A stretch of DNA of 64,000 bases from Thermoplasmata archaeon (lineage in GTDB: Archaea > Thermoplasmatota > Thermoplasmata > Thermoplasmatales > GCA-001856825): contig JBMFTY010000001.1 in the NCBI GenBank assembly GCA_049966795.1, forward strand, positions 14,444 to 78,443, read 5' to 3'. The notes below the pieces were generated by a model. It worked only from the letters and a program-made list of their open reading frames with translations, had not been told where the DNA came from and did no database searches. Made by a program: the position numbers and the translations under genes. How positions within the stretch are numbered: position 1 is the first letter of the stretch; each line of letters opens with the position of its first letter. Shown here one piece after another: positions 26,928 to 36,714 of the stretch.

Positions 26928-27000
26928 GGGCTCGTGGTCTAGCGGCTATGACGTCGCCCTTACAAGGCGGAGACCGCCGGTTCGAATCCGGCCGGGCCCA
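26928..27000 (+). tRNA. tRNA-Val (anticodon TAC)
   Basis: GGGCTCG...CGGGCCCA cloverleaf with anticodon arm TCGCC-CTTACAA-GGCGG and T-loop GGTTCGAATCC. Confidence 0.9.
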
Positions 27001-27201
27001 TCTGAAATTTCAGGGAAAGTTCTCAGAGAGAGGAAGAGCGAAAGCTTAAAAATCGCCCCGAGAGTTCCCCGGGGTCTATAATGTCTTCCCTGCTCCTCCA
27101 ATCCAAAATAAAACCAAACGTGTATGGGTCAGGAAATATGAGAAATATTATAATTAAAATGTAAAAGAAGTAAACTTAAGTCCCCCACCCCTTTGGCCTG
27201 T

Positions 27202-27858
27202 TTATTTCCCGGTGGGTTGTGTTGCCTTGGCCGCCTTCTTTCCGATCGGGAACAGAGGGAGCGGAGGACGTGATCCGGCATTCACCCATCTGTCGTTTAT
27301 CACGACTGCACCCGCCAGATAAGTTGTGAATATCACATCTATGATACCCGTTATTCCCGCCGGATATACAGCCCCAGGCATGGTCCCAAATATGGTGGTG
27401 GATGATTCAGTCATGCTCAGCAGTGGCAGCGCCCAAAGTATGAATGTTATCAGAAGGAAGAAGAGCATCAGGTTGTGCATCAGGGTCATCTTGAAGCTTC
27501 CGACCCAGTACACAAAAGTCATAAAGACAAATGCCAGAGCCATCATTCCTACTAAGTGAGCGTGCTCAACATCCGTTACCCAGCCAAGTTTAAGGCAGAA
27601 ACTGACAACGGCGAATGTCAGGAAGAATCCGGAGTACGTTCCAAACGCCGTGGCTCCGAATGTGTTGCCATTGTTGTACTCCCAGTTCGCGGCAACCAAC
27701 AGCAATAACCCGCTGAAAACGAGCGCTGGTGCCATCAGGGTCAGATGTTCGCCCCATTTGAAGACTCCAAGGGCGTAAAGGGAGAGGATCATAAGGCCAA
27801 ATCCATAAGCAAAAATCCCTAACGCTGTTGGGTCTCCTTTCTTCATTTCTTCACTCAT
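27202..27858 (-). CDS. GPR1/FUN34/YaaH (SatP) family acetate/succinate channel
   Basis: 218 aa with six hydrophobic helices. The N-terminus DPTALGIFAYGFGL corresponds to the family NPAPLGL signature. Confidence 0.75.
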   Translation of the reverse strand: MSEEMKKGDPTALGIFAYGFGLMILSLYALGVFKWGEHLTLMAPALVFSGLLLLVAANWEYNNGNTFGATAFGTYSGFFLTFAVVSFCLKLGWVTDVEHAHLVGMMALAFVFMTFVYWVGSFKMTLMHNLMLFFLLITFILWALPLLSMTESSTTIFGTMPGAVYPAGITGIIDVIFTTYLAGAVVINDRWVNAGSRPPLPLFPIGKKAAKATQPTGK

Positions 27859-28081
27859 TTAATTGCACCTCCTGGCTTGGCTTTCATCTTGAGGACGCTA
27901 ATAAGTAGGGGGCCTTATCTGTGAGGGTACCCCATTAATTCCAAAAAGATGAAAAACGGCCTTCACATAAGAAAAAATACACCTGGTTATAAGGCCGGTA
28001 CTCGACTCGTTCTGGGGATTTCGGATATCCTGAGTCCCGTGGCGCGAATCATTGTCTTCACCAGGAAGCATAAAATAATTT

Positions 28082-28315
28082 ATGCAAGGTCAACATGCAC
28101 AGGGAATGAGTGTTACTGGCAATAGGGTGCTCGGGTACCTGTCGATGGCGCTGCTAGCTGGATCAGTTGTGTTCTACCTAGGATGGTCGATAGCGTACGG
28201 GGACTGGAACGACATTGGCCTTTACTCCCTGTCCATAATACTCATCCTCTTCGGCATACTTGGCATAGTTCTTTCAAGGATAAGATTGAGGGAGGAAAGC
28301 CTGGGAACGGGCTGA
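28082..28315 (+). CDS. Small two-helix membrane protein (hypothetical)
   Basis: 77 aa with two clear hydrophobic segments. No family recognised. Confidence 0.3.
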   Translation: MQGQHAQGMSVTGNRVLGYLSMALLAGSVVFYLGWSIAYGDWNDIGLYSLSIILILFGILGIVLSRIRLREESLGTG

Positions 28316-28325
28316 TCTCCCTATC

Positions 28326-29702
28326 TCAGTATTTTTTGGAGATGACCGTCTTCTTCCCGGGGGAACCGCACACGATGCACTTCCCATCCCCATCAAGGGA
28401 CCCGAGGATGGATTTTCCGGTCGATTCTATCCTGTCCGCACAATCCTTGCTTCCGCACCAGTATATGACATTGGGCATCGTTCCACCGGCGTCCTTCAGG
28501 TCCATTATTTCCACCATGTAGCTTTTCATCTTCTCCTCCGCCCTCCTCGCTAGAATCTCCCTTATCTGGGAAAATGCGGCATGGACTGCCCTGGTAAGGG
28601 ATGGGAGCCTTACCTTTCTCTTACCTCCCGTCCTCAGGCTTATAGTTACGGACCTTGAATTAAGCTCTTCCCTGCCGATGTCCAGTCTCACGGGGACGCC
28701 CTTCTCCTCCCAGTCGTTGAACTTCCAACCCGGCGTGTATTGCTCCCTGTCATCCAGCTCTGCCCTTATGCCCTTTGACCTGAGGATCTCAAGGATGCCC
28801 CTCGCATATTCCAGCACGCCCTCTCCCGGGATTGGCACGATTATCACCTGTATAGGCGCTACGGAAGGAGGGAGAATAAGGCCCTTTTTGTCCCCATGCA
28901 CTCCTACTATTGCTGCGACCAACCTCTCTGATATGCCGAACGTTGTCTGGTGCACGAGCTTCCTCTCCCCATTTTCGTTAGTGTAGGCGATCTCGTAAGC
29001 CTTTGAGAAGTTGTCCTTGTATTGATGTATAGTTGCAATTTGCAGGCTTCTGCCCGAGGGAAGGAATGTGTCGACGCCTATGGAATAGTAGGCTCCAGGA
29101 AATTTGTCCCAGTCAGGCCTCCTTTCCATTATGTAAGGGATGGCAATGCTGTCCGCGATGCCCTTCCATATCTCAATATCGTCCATCACCTGCCTTTCGG
29201 AATCCTCAAAATCTTCGTGGCAGGTATGACCCTCTATGAAGTGTATCTCCCTCACCCTGATGAAAGTTCTGGTCTGCTTCGTCTCGTAGCGAAATGTGTT
29301 AACTATCTGGTATACCCTCAGGGGGAGGTCGGAATGGCTTCTTATCCAGAGGGAAAATATCGGGTACATCGCAGTTTCGCTCGTAGGCCTGAGAACAAGC
29401 TTCTCCTCGAGCTCAGAGGAACCCCCCCTTGTGACCCAGTAAACCTCGTTGGAGAAGCCCTTTATGTGCTCCGCCTCCTTGTCAAACTGGCTCTTCGGGA
29501 TCAGTGTCGGGAAGTTTACTTCTTTGTAACCTTTGTTCTGGAATTTCTCCCTTATGACTGAGTCAATGTTCTGCATCAGGGCCCACCCGTACGGAGGCCA
29601 AATGTTAAGTCCCTTCACGGGGTACCGCTTGTCCGTCAGGCCTGTCTTCTCAATTATGCTGTTGTACCATGCGGAGAAGTCGTCCTCGATTTCCTCTTCC
29701 AT
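28326..29702 (-). CDS. proS: Prolyl-tRNA synthetase (archaeal/eukaryotic type)
   Basis: 458 aa. Class II motifs (LRPTSET, FRYE) and a C-terminal zinc-binding domain with a CxxC pair. Confidence 0.9.
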   Translation of the reverse strand: MEEEIEDDFSAWYNSIIEKTGLTDKRYPVKGLNIWPPYGWALMQNIDSVIREKFQNKGYKEVNFPTLIPKSQFDKEAEHIKGFSNEVYWVTRGGSSELEEKLVLRPTSETAMYPIFSLWIRSHSDLPLRVYQIVNTFRYETKQTRTFIRVREIHFIEGHTCHEDFEDSERQVMDDIEIWKGIADSIAIPYIMERRPDWDKFPGAYYSIGVDTFLPSGRSLQIATIHQYKDNFSKAYEIAYTNENGERKLVHQTTFGISERLVAAIVGVHGDKKGLILPPSVAPIQVIIVPIPGEGVLEYARGILEILRSKGIRAELDDREQYTPGWKFNDWEEKGVPVRLDIGREELNSRSVTISLRTGGKRKVRLPSLTRAVHAAFSQIREILARRAEEKMKSYMVEIMDLKDAGGTMPNVIYWCGSKDCADRIESTGKSILGSLDGDGKCIVCGSPGKKTVISKKY

Positions 29703-29789
29703 CCCACCTTTATGGAGGTTTCATATTAAATCATGTCTCATTTCCCCTGGGAATGAATAAACATTTTATCGTATTGAGAATAACTGCCC

Positions 29790-31232
29790 ATGGAACTCAC
29801 AAACTCTGAGAAGAGGCTCATAAAGTATCTGAGGGATAAGGGTTACGTTAACGTTGATTCTCTCTTTCCGGAGTTTGACAGGAACGAGCTGGCAAGCTCC
29901 ATTTCGTGGCTAAAGGAGAAGAAGCTCGTTTCAGTCGTGGAAAAGCCCAGGTCCTATTACAGCCTGGGAGAGGAAGGAAGAAAGGTGCTTGAGTCGGGGC
30001 TGCCGGAGGAGATACTCATCTCCCTCTACGAATCCGGAATTCGAGACATAGGGGAGCTTGAAACCAGGATGAAGGGGGACCTTAGGTACGCAATCGCGGA
30101 ATTTCTAAAGTCGGGAGGTGTCGTTGACGGAGGGAAGCTGTATTCTCCGAACCTGGATGAACTCAAAGCGAGAGCCCAGAGAATAAAGAGGGCCCTCGAG
30201 AACGTTCGTTCGGGAAATGTGAGCGAGGATGATGTTAACCTCCTGAGAAAGAGAAAGGGATTTCTGAGCGAGAGAATAAGGATGGAGAGGATGATCAAGC
30301 TCACGGCCCTGGCCGAACAGCTGTCTCCCCCCGACCTCGAGGAGACGGAAGAGCTGACACAAATCACACCTGAGCTCGTGGAAAATTACAGGCCTGGTAT
30401 GAATTTCAGGCCATACGACCCTACGCTTTATGCTCCGAGATATCTTCCGTCAAAGGTCCACCCTCTTTCGGAATTCATATTTGAGGTTCGGAGGGTCATG
30501 CTGGATATGGGATTCAAGGAACTCAGGGGCCACATAGTGGAGACTGCCTTCTGGAACATGGACATCCTCTTCATCCCGCAGGACCACCCCGCAAGGGATA
30601 TGCAGGATACCTTCTATCTGGAAGGGAAGGGAGCACTCGATCCCCTTCTTTCTGAGAAGGTTAAGAAGGTTCACGAAAAGGGAATCAGGGGATCAAGGGG
30701 GTGGCAGTATCGCTGGTCCGAGGATGAAGCCTCGAGGCTCCTGCTGAGGACACATACAACAGTAAACACCATAAGATATATAGTGCAGCATCCAGATGAG
30801 GAGTGCAGAATATTCTCCGTCGAGAAGATATTCAGGAGGGAGGCAACAGACTCAAAACATCTAGCGGAGTTCTCCCAGGTGGAGGGGGTCATATCAGGAA
30901 GGGGGGTGACGTTCGGCGTGCTCATTGACACACTGGAGACGTTTTACGAAAGAATTGGCGTGAAGGACATCAGGGTCAAGCCCAGTTATTTCCCCTACAC
31001 AGAGCCTTCGCTGGAGGTGTACGGAAGTTTCAAGGGGAAGGAGATGGAGCTTGGCGGTGCCGGGATGTTCAGGCCAGAGGTGTTGAGGCCCTGGGGGATA
31101 AAGTACAATGTTGCGGCCTGGGGGCTGGGTCTTGAGCGCCTCCTGATGGTGGTCCTCGGGCTGGATGACATAAGGGATATCTACCGCAATGATCTCTCAT
31201 TCCTCAAAGAGAGGAGGATGATCGGGGTCTGA
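29790..31232 (+). CDS. pheS: Phenylalanyl-tRNA synthetase alpha subunit
   Basis: 480 aa with HPARDMQDTF, FRRE and a C-terminal GLGLERL. Confidence 0.9.
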   Translation: MELTNSEKRLIKYLRDKGYVNVDSLFPEFDRNELASSISWLKEKKLVSVVEKPRSYYSLGEEGRKVLESGLPEEILISLYESGIRDIGELETRMKGDLRYAIAEFLKSGGVVDGGKLYSPNLDELKARAQRIKRALENVRSGNVSEDDVNLLRKRKGFLSERIRMERMIKLTALAEQLSPPDLEETEELTQITPELVENYRPGMNFRPYDPTLYAPRYLPSKVHPLSEFIFEVRRVMLDMGFKELRGHIVETAFWNMDILFIPQDHPARDMQDTFYLEGKGALDPLLSEKVKKVHEKGIRGSRGWQYRWSEDEASRLLLRTHTTVNTIRYIVQHPDEECRIFSVEKIFRREATDSKHLAEFSQVEGVISGRGVTFGVLIDTLETFYERIGVKDIRVKPSYFPYTEPSLEVYGSFKGKEMELGGAGMFRPEVLRPWGIKYNVAAWGLGLERLLMVVLGLDDIRDIYRNDLSFLKERRMIGV

Positions 31233-31823
31233 TCACACCAGGCTGTCCAGCTCTTTCTGTATTCCGTTGTTCTCCCTTTTGATCTCGTACCTCTCCGAGA
31301 TGATCCTGCTGAGCACCCTGAGGGCAAGCGCGGGATAACTTGCCACCGGAACGTACGCGTCATCATCCGGCGGTATCTTTATCCCCTTTACCTCCGTCTT
31401 GGCGAGGAGTTTCTTCCTCTCTTTTTTGTCGAGCCTCTTTGCCTTCACGTTTCCAGTTATCCCCGCCTTCTCAAGCTCGCTTTCGAAGACGGGCCTCTCG
31501 AGGAGGGTATATAGGATGTAGAGCACCTCTTCCCCCCTCTTGTCCAGCGGGTCATTGGCGACCTGCTCCCCAACAACCTCATATATGGACCTCTCATCCT
31601 TCCTGACGGGGTAGTATATCTTTGAAGGCTTCACATACTTCTCCCTCAGAAGGTTAAGGTCTGTCATGGCCCACAGATAGCCGGTTAATGCCAGCCTGTG
31701 GATCTTGGTCTCCTCATCCATGTTTATTTCTTTGTATATGTCCGAAATTGACTTCCCGTCCCCGCCCAGGATGTCAAGTATCCTGTCCTTGAGGATCATT
31801 CCCTTGAAGTTGTTCGGTGGCAT
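31233..31823 (-). CDS. Conserved hypothetical protein, probable N-terminal winged helix
   Basis: 196-aa ORF packed between pheS and fbp; its start abuts the fbp stop. No confident family. Confidence 0.35.
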   Translation of the reverse strand: MPPNNFKGMILKDRILDILGGDGKSISDIYKEINMDEETKIHRLALTGYLWAMTDLNLLREKYVKPSKIYYPVRKDERSIYEVVGEQVANDPLDKRGEEVLYILYTLLERPVFESELEKAGITGNVKAKRLDKKERKKLLAKTEVKGIKIPPDDDAYVPVASYPALALRVLSRIISERYEIKRENNGIQKELDSLV

Positions 31824-32920
31824 CAGAGGTCAACCATTCTCGATCGAAGCTTCTTCTGAATGTTCGGAAGTGAGGTGTATTCCATCTCTGGCTCTGGAAG
31901 CCTGTGCGGCTCAAAAGGACCGTTTCTCCGCATGTAATCAGTTACCTGTACGGCGAGCTGCCTTGCTCCATCAAAGGCCTTGTCTCCAAGAAGGTCAGCA
32001 GGTCCTATCAGCCTTCCCTCTGCAAGCTGGAAACCCAAGCCGATCACCCTCGGAGGGCCATCAAATCTTGAAGGCGTTGCATCCTGCACCGAAACTGGCA
32101 TGAGCGGCCCGTTATGGCTGCCCCTCATCCATCCGGATACTAGGTGAGGAAATGAGAATGCCTCGAGAATCTCGCCCATTGCAGGTAGACCGGCCTGCGC
32201 TCTGACAAGAGCAACCGGATCATCCTTGCCAACGTACTTTCCAGCAATTTCGTGAAGTATATCTGTGCTCACCACCGCAACAGGCTCCTTCTCGTCGCTG
32301 GCTGGAAAAACTCTCTTTATTATGTACCTGCTCTTCGAGCCGATGAGCGCAAGGATGTCGTACATCTCCCCCGGTGTTCTCAGGAACACTTTCTTGTGCT
32401 CAATCACGTCCCACACTTCGAATACGAAGCCGTCGTGCATCGCAGGATCGATCACAAGTCCCGGGGTGTTGAACGGATCAGCGAACATCTTGAATATCGG
32501 GAGGTTGAAGGCTCCCGGCTCCGTCTTGTCCATCATGAAGGCTGCAACGGGCTCGCTCTTCCTCTCCTCGAACTCCATCTCCGCCACACCTGGTCCCATG
32601 CCCTTCAGGTTTCCCGAGAAGGAATCCTTCAGCAGGTCCTGTCCCGCGCCGTAAAGCTTGAGTTTCTTGGCTACCTCTGTCGCCTTTATGAAGGCGTCCC
32701 ACGCCAGCTTGTGGATTACCTCCGAATTCACTCCATGCTTGTGCGTCATAATTAGCTGGAGGTCGTCGCCAACTGATGTAACGTGATAATCAATTATTTG
32801 GCCATCGTTCTTGGCCTGTTCAAGGACTAACTTAGCCTCGTCCTTGAGTTGCGGGTGAACCCTGGAGTGTCCCGCTAGACCGCCGACATCTGCCTTAATC
32901 AAGCTAACAGTAACTTTCAT
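31823..32920 (-). CDS. fbp: Fructose-1,6-bisphosphate aldolase/phosphatase (class V FBPase)
   Basis: N-terminus MKVTVSLIKADVGGLAGH at 365 aa is typical of the archaeal bifunctional enzyme. Confidence 0.9.
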   Translation of the reverse strand: MKVTVSLIKADVGGLAGHSRVHPQLKDEAKLVLEQAKNDGQIIDYHVTSVGDDLQLIMTHKHGVNSEVIHKLAWDAFIKATEVAKKLKLYGAGQDLLKDSFSGNLKGMGPGVAEMEFEERKSEPVAAFMMDKTEPGAFNLPIFKMFADPFNTPGLVIDPAMHDGFVFEVWDVIEHKKVFLRTPGEMYDILALIGSKSRYIIKRVFPASDEKEPVAVVSTDILHEIAGKYVGKDDPVALVRAQAGLPAMGEILEAFSFPHLVSGWMRGSHNGPLMPVSVQDATPSRFDGPPRVIGLGFQLAEGRLIGPADLLGDKAFDGARQLAVQVTDYMRRNGPFEPHRLPEPEMEYTSLPNIQKKLRSRMVDL

Positions 32921-33020
32921 TAACTAACCACCCTAGCGGCACTATATCGTTATACACTTACAAATAGTTTCTGAAACCACCTGAATGAACTGTATGCCAT
33001 AGGCTATATTTTCTCCAGAG

Positions 33021-33932
33021 CTATTCACGTTCCCTTGGATAAGAGGTGAATGAATCGAAAAGTTCCCTTATGGCCTCCTCCCTGGATATCTCCCCCTTCA
33101 CCACCCTTCTGGCAAGCTTCTCTATGAAGCCGTCCCTTCCTCTGATGGCTGCGTCCGCCTCCCTCCTTATCCTCTCCTTCTCCTTTTTTACTAGGTCCTC
33201 CTGAGCCACCCCTGCTTCCATGGCTTTCCTCAGGGCATCTGCAAGTTCCTGCAGCCCTTGGCCGTTGAGGCAGGATACACGGAACAGCTCATGTTTTTTC
33301 GCCTTGTCAGGGATGCTCAGAACTTCCATGAGCTCCTTTTCCGCGATGAGGGCTTCAGGTTTGTCCGCCTTGTTAAGCACGACGAAGTCTCCTATCTCCA
33401 TCTGTCCTGCCTTTATCGCCTGTATCTCATCACCCAGTCCGGGGGAGAGGACCATGAGCACTATGTCTGCATAGTAAAGTATGTCCGTCTCGTCCTGTCC
33501 CGTTCCAACAGACTCCACTATGATCGTCTTGAAACCGAGGAACGAGAGCAGGTCTATTGAATCGCCTATCGCGAGGCTCAGGCCACCCGTTGAGCCTCGG
33601 GTTGCCATGCTCCTGACGTAAACCCTATCTTCCTCCAGCCTGAGCCTGTTCCCCAGAAGCGATCCCCCGCTGAACGGGCTCGTCGCATCGATCATAATTA
33701 TGGCCATCCTCCTATCGCTAGGAATGAGGGACGACAGCCTAGAAATCAGAGAGCTCTTGCCCACACCTGGAGGACCGGTGACTCCTATCACAAATGCCTT
33801 CTTTGCTCCCCTGATAATTTTCATTAGCTCTTCGTACCCTGCGCTCCTGTTCTCAACTACAGTGAGAAGTCTCCCGATATCCCTCCTGTTGCCATTCAGC
33901 GCGGACGAGACGAGCTCCGATATCATCTGCAT
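33021..33932 (-). CDS. MeaB/ArgK-like G3E-family GTPase
   Basis: Has GVTGPPGVGKSSL, ESVGTGQDE and VLNKADK. Confidence 0.8.
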   Translation of the reverse strand: MQMISELVSSALNGNRRDIGRLLTVVENRSAGYEELMKIIRGAKKAFVIGVTGPPGVGKSSLISRLSSLIPSDRRMAIIMIDATSPFSGGSLLGNRLRLEEDRVYVRSMATRGSTGGLSLAIGDSIDLLSFLGFKTIIVESVGTGQDETDILYYADIVLMVLSPGLGDEIQAIKAGQMEIGDFVVLNKADKPEALIAEKELMEVLSIPDKAKKHELFRVSCLNGQGLQELADALRKAMEAGVAQEDLVKKEKERIRREADAAIRGRDGFIEKLARRVVKGEISREEAIRELFDSFTSYPRERE

Positions 33933-33958
33933 CCAAATGCGATTCGTTCAAACGTAAT

Positions 33959-34315
33959 CTATTTTTCTTTGATCCCTCTTCTCAGCGCCCTCAGCGGAAG
34001 GAGGACGCAGTTCAGCCTGCCGGCCGTTATCTTTATGGGGAAATCGTTCACATACTTCTCCTCGTCCTCACCTGCAACCTCCCTCACATCCTTTCCTACG
34101 GCGTTTTCGCAGAAGGTATCAGTGGAGACAACCGATAAAATGCATCCCTCGCCCTCCCAGGTCATGTCGGAAATCTTCCCGTTATCCAGCTTCACATACA
34201 AAATTATTCTATCCCCGCACGTGGTGGATGCCTCGTCTATCTTGATGTCGAACTTCTCCATCTTGCCGTACTTGACCGGGTTCTCGTAGCGGTCCATTAT
34301 TTCATCTGTGTACAT
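33959..34315 (-). CDS. sufU: SufU/IscU-like Fe-S scaffold or sulfur acceptor
   Basis: 118 aa with YENPVKYG, TTCGD, GEGCILS and LNCVLLPL cysteines, directly downstream of sufS. Confidence 0.7.
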   Translation of the reverse strand: MYTDEIMDRYENPVKYGKMEKFDIKIDEASTTCGDRIILYVKLDNGKISDMTWEGEGCILSVVSTDTFCENAVGKDVREVAGEDEEKYVNDFPIKITAGRLNCVLLPLRALRRGIKEK

Positions 34316-35564
34316 CTATGCCACCGAGTGCCTCAAGAAATGCGTTCACGTCCTCCTCGTCGTTGTAAATGTAAAACGAAGCCCTGGCAGTTCCCGTCAG
34401 CCCGAGCGTCCTGGCAAGGGGTTCTGCACAATGGTGCCCGGATCTCACGTAAACGTTTGACCCGTCGAGGAACGTCGCTATGTCATGGGAATGATAGAGG
34501 TTATCGACCCTTACATTCTCCCTTTCCAGGCCGTACTTGACCTTCCGTGCTCCCTTCACGTTGAAAGCGATGACCCCTCCCCTCTTGTCAGGGTCCCTAG
34601 GGCCGTAGTACACCACGTTCTTCGTTTCTTCCATCCCCTTCAGGGCAAGTGAGGTGAGATGCTTTTCATGCGATCTCACGTTGCTCATCCCTACCGCCTT
34701 CAGGTAGTCTATTGCGGCAGCTAGACCCACCGCGCCTTCCACATTCGGAGTTCCGGCCTCAAATTTCAGCGGCGGGTCCTCAAACACGACGCTGTGGAAA
34801 TCCACATCCTTTATCATCTCCCCTCCCCTGTTGAAAGGTTCCATGCTGTCAAGAAGGTCGTACTTCCCGTAAAGGACCCCTATGCCCATAGGACCCAGCA
34901 TCTTGTGGCCCGAGAAAGCAACAAAATCGTAGTACTCACTCACCCGGAAAGGCATGTGAGGAACGGATTGCGCCGCGTCAACAATGAATATAGAACCGTT
35001 CTCCTTTGCGATCTTCCCGAGCTCCTCCACTGGATTTATCGTCCCCAGGACATTCGACTCATGCGTCACGGAAACGATCTTCGTGTCCTTCGTCATCTTC
35101 CCTTTGTATTCTTCCACATCAAGAAGACCTTCGTCGGTGAAACCAACGTAATCAAGCTTTATCCCCCTCTTCTCCAGCCGCATCCATGGAAGTATGTTGC
35201 TGTGATGCTCCATCGAAGTAATCAATATTCTATCCCCGCTCCTAAGGGTCCCTTCCAACGAATATGAGAGGAGATTCAGGCTCTCAGTTGTATTCCTCGT
35301 GAAGACGATTTCCTCGCTCTTGGAGCCGATGAATTCCGCTACCTTCTTCCTGGAACCCTCGTAAGCTTCAGTGGCCTCATCTCCCAGCCTGTAGACAGAC
35401 CTGTGAACATTTGCATTCAAGTTTTCGTAATAATTGACGATAGCCTCTATCACCTGTCTCGGCTTCTGTGTGGTTGCTGTGGAATCTAGATAAACGATTC
35501 TCCTTCCGTTCACCCTCTTCCTTAGTATGGGAAAATCATCTTTTATTCTGTTCGAGGCTATCAC
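34302..35564 (-). CDS. sufS: Cysteine desulfurase SufS (class V aminotransferase, group II)
   Basis: Has FPIL...YLDSTATTQKP, SGHKMLGP and RSGHHCAEPL. Confidence 0.9.
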   Translation of the reverse strand: MIASNRIKDDFPILRKRVNGRRIVYLDSTATTQKPRQVIEAIVNYYENLNANVHRSVYRLGDEATEAYEGSRKKVAEFIGSKSEEIVFTRNTTESLNLLSYSLEGTLRSGDRILITSMEHHSNILPWMRLEKRGIKLDYVGFTDEGLLDVEEYKGKMTKDTKIVSVTHESNVLGTINPVEELGKIAKENGSIFIVDAAQSVPHMPFRVSEYYDFVAFSGHKMLGPMGIGVLYGKYDLLDSMEPFNRGGEMIKDVDFHSVVFEDPPLKFEAGTPNVEGAVGLAAAIDYLKAVGMSNVRSHEKHLTSLALKGMEETKNVVYYGPRDPDKRGGVIAFNVKGARKVKYGLERENVRVDNLYHSHDIATFLDGSNVYVRSGHHCAEPLARTLGLTGTARASFYIYNDEEDVNAFLEALGGIDVHR

Positions 35565-36714
35565 TGCCTACCACTTCTTCCACTATTTCAAGGTATTTCC
35601 TCGAAATGTCCTCTGGAAGAGGATAAATTACAGGACTAATAAATCCTTCTATTATCGCCTTTTTCGCCTGCACCGGGTCAAGGCCCCTGCTCATCAAGTA
35701 AAACATCTCATCCTCAGATATGTTGGATACGGTTTCACCATGTTTCGCCCTGACCTCGCCGTTGTAGATTTCCAGCACGGGAAGGGCATTCCCGACCGCT
35801 TCCCTGGAAAGGAGTAGCAGGTTCGCAAGCAGATAGGACTGAACACCCTCCGCCCTCTCCCCTATTCTTATGAATCCCCGGAATATGAGGGACGATTTGT
35901 CTCCCAGAATTCCCTTGAAGACCGTGTCGTTCCTCCCGTTTGGAACCCTGTGGTCAGTGAATACCTCGAGATCAAGGTGTTCGCTTCCCTTGCCGATCGC
36001 CGCTCCGTAGTATCTTGATTCCACGTGCTCCCCCTCCTGTATCACGCGAATCCTGCTTATGCTCTTTCTCCCGGGCAGGGTGAGATGGTGGATGTTAAGG
36101 GTTGAATATCTTTCCATCACTATCGTCCTTTCCAGATAGCTGAGGTCGGTGCTCGCGTTGTCCTCCAGAAGATAGAGGTGAAGTGTGGAATTCTCTCCCA
36201 GTCTTATCACCGTTCCGTGAGAAACGTTAATATTTCCAGTCATCACGAAGTTTTCAAGGAGCTTCACTGAGGAGTTGCTTCCGATCTTTATCAGGTTCCT
36301 TGCATTGAAGTCCTGTTCTCCCGTATGGAGGATGCTGAACATTCTATCGTCGTTGAACTTTGCCGGTATACCCAGGTAGAAACCGTCGTTGAAGTACCCC
36401 TGATTTATAGCGCTGAGCTTATCATACTCCTCCGTGAAAAGTTCCTCCTCCTTCGCGGTCCCGTTGCGCATAGCATCCTCAACTGGTAGGAAAGTCATCG
36501 CGCCTACGCCGAAGAGCCTGCACGGAGAGCCATTGTGCGTAGTTATGCTCCTCTGCATTCCCGCACAACCCATTTTCCTGGTTCTAAGCAGCGGACCTAT
36601 TTCCTCCTCTTTGATCGGAGTGTAGCTTTTCACAGATGGAGAATCGTGTTGCATCACGATCGGGATCTGCTCAGCCTTCCTCCTCTTTTCAGAGATGATT
36701 TCCTGAAGGTTCAC
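35536..36714 (-). CDS. sufD: Fe-S cluster assembly protein SufD
   Basis: 392-aa SufB/D-family beta-helix C-terminal region (HGETVSNISEDEMFYLMSRGL) between sufB and sufS. Confidence 0.8.
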   Translation of the reverse strand: MNLQEIISEKRRKAEQIPIVMQHDSPSVKSYTPIKEEEIGPLLRTRKMGCAGMQRSITTHNGSPCRLFGVGAMTFLPVEDAMRNGTAKEEELFTEEYDKLSAINQGYFNDGFYLGIPAKFNDDRMFSILHTGEQDFNARNLIKIGSNSSVKLLENFVMTGNINVSHGTVIRLGENSTLHLYLLEDNASTDLSYLERTIVMERYSTLNIHHLTLPGRKSISRIRVIQEGEHVESRYYGAAIGKGSEHLDLEVFTDHRVPNGRNDTVFKGILGDKSSLIFRGFIRIGERAEGVQSYLLANLLLLSREAVGNALPVLEIYNGEVRAKHGETVSNISEDEMFYLMSRGLDPVQAKKAIIEGFISPVIYPLPEDISRKYLEIVEEVVGSDSLEQNKR

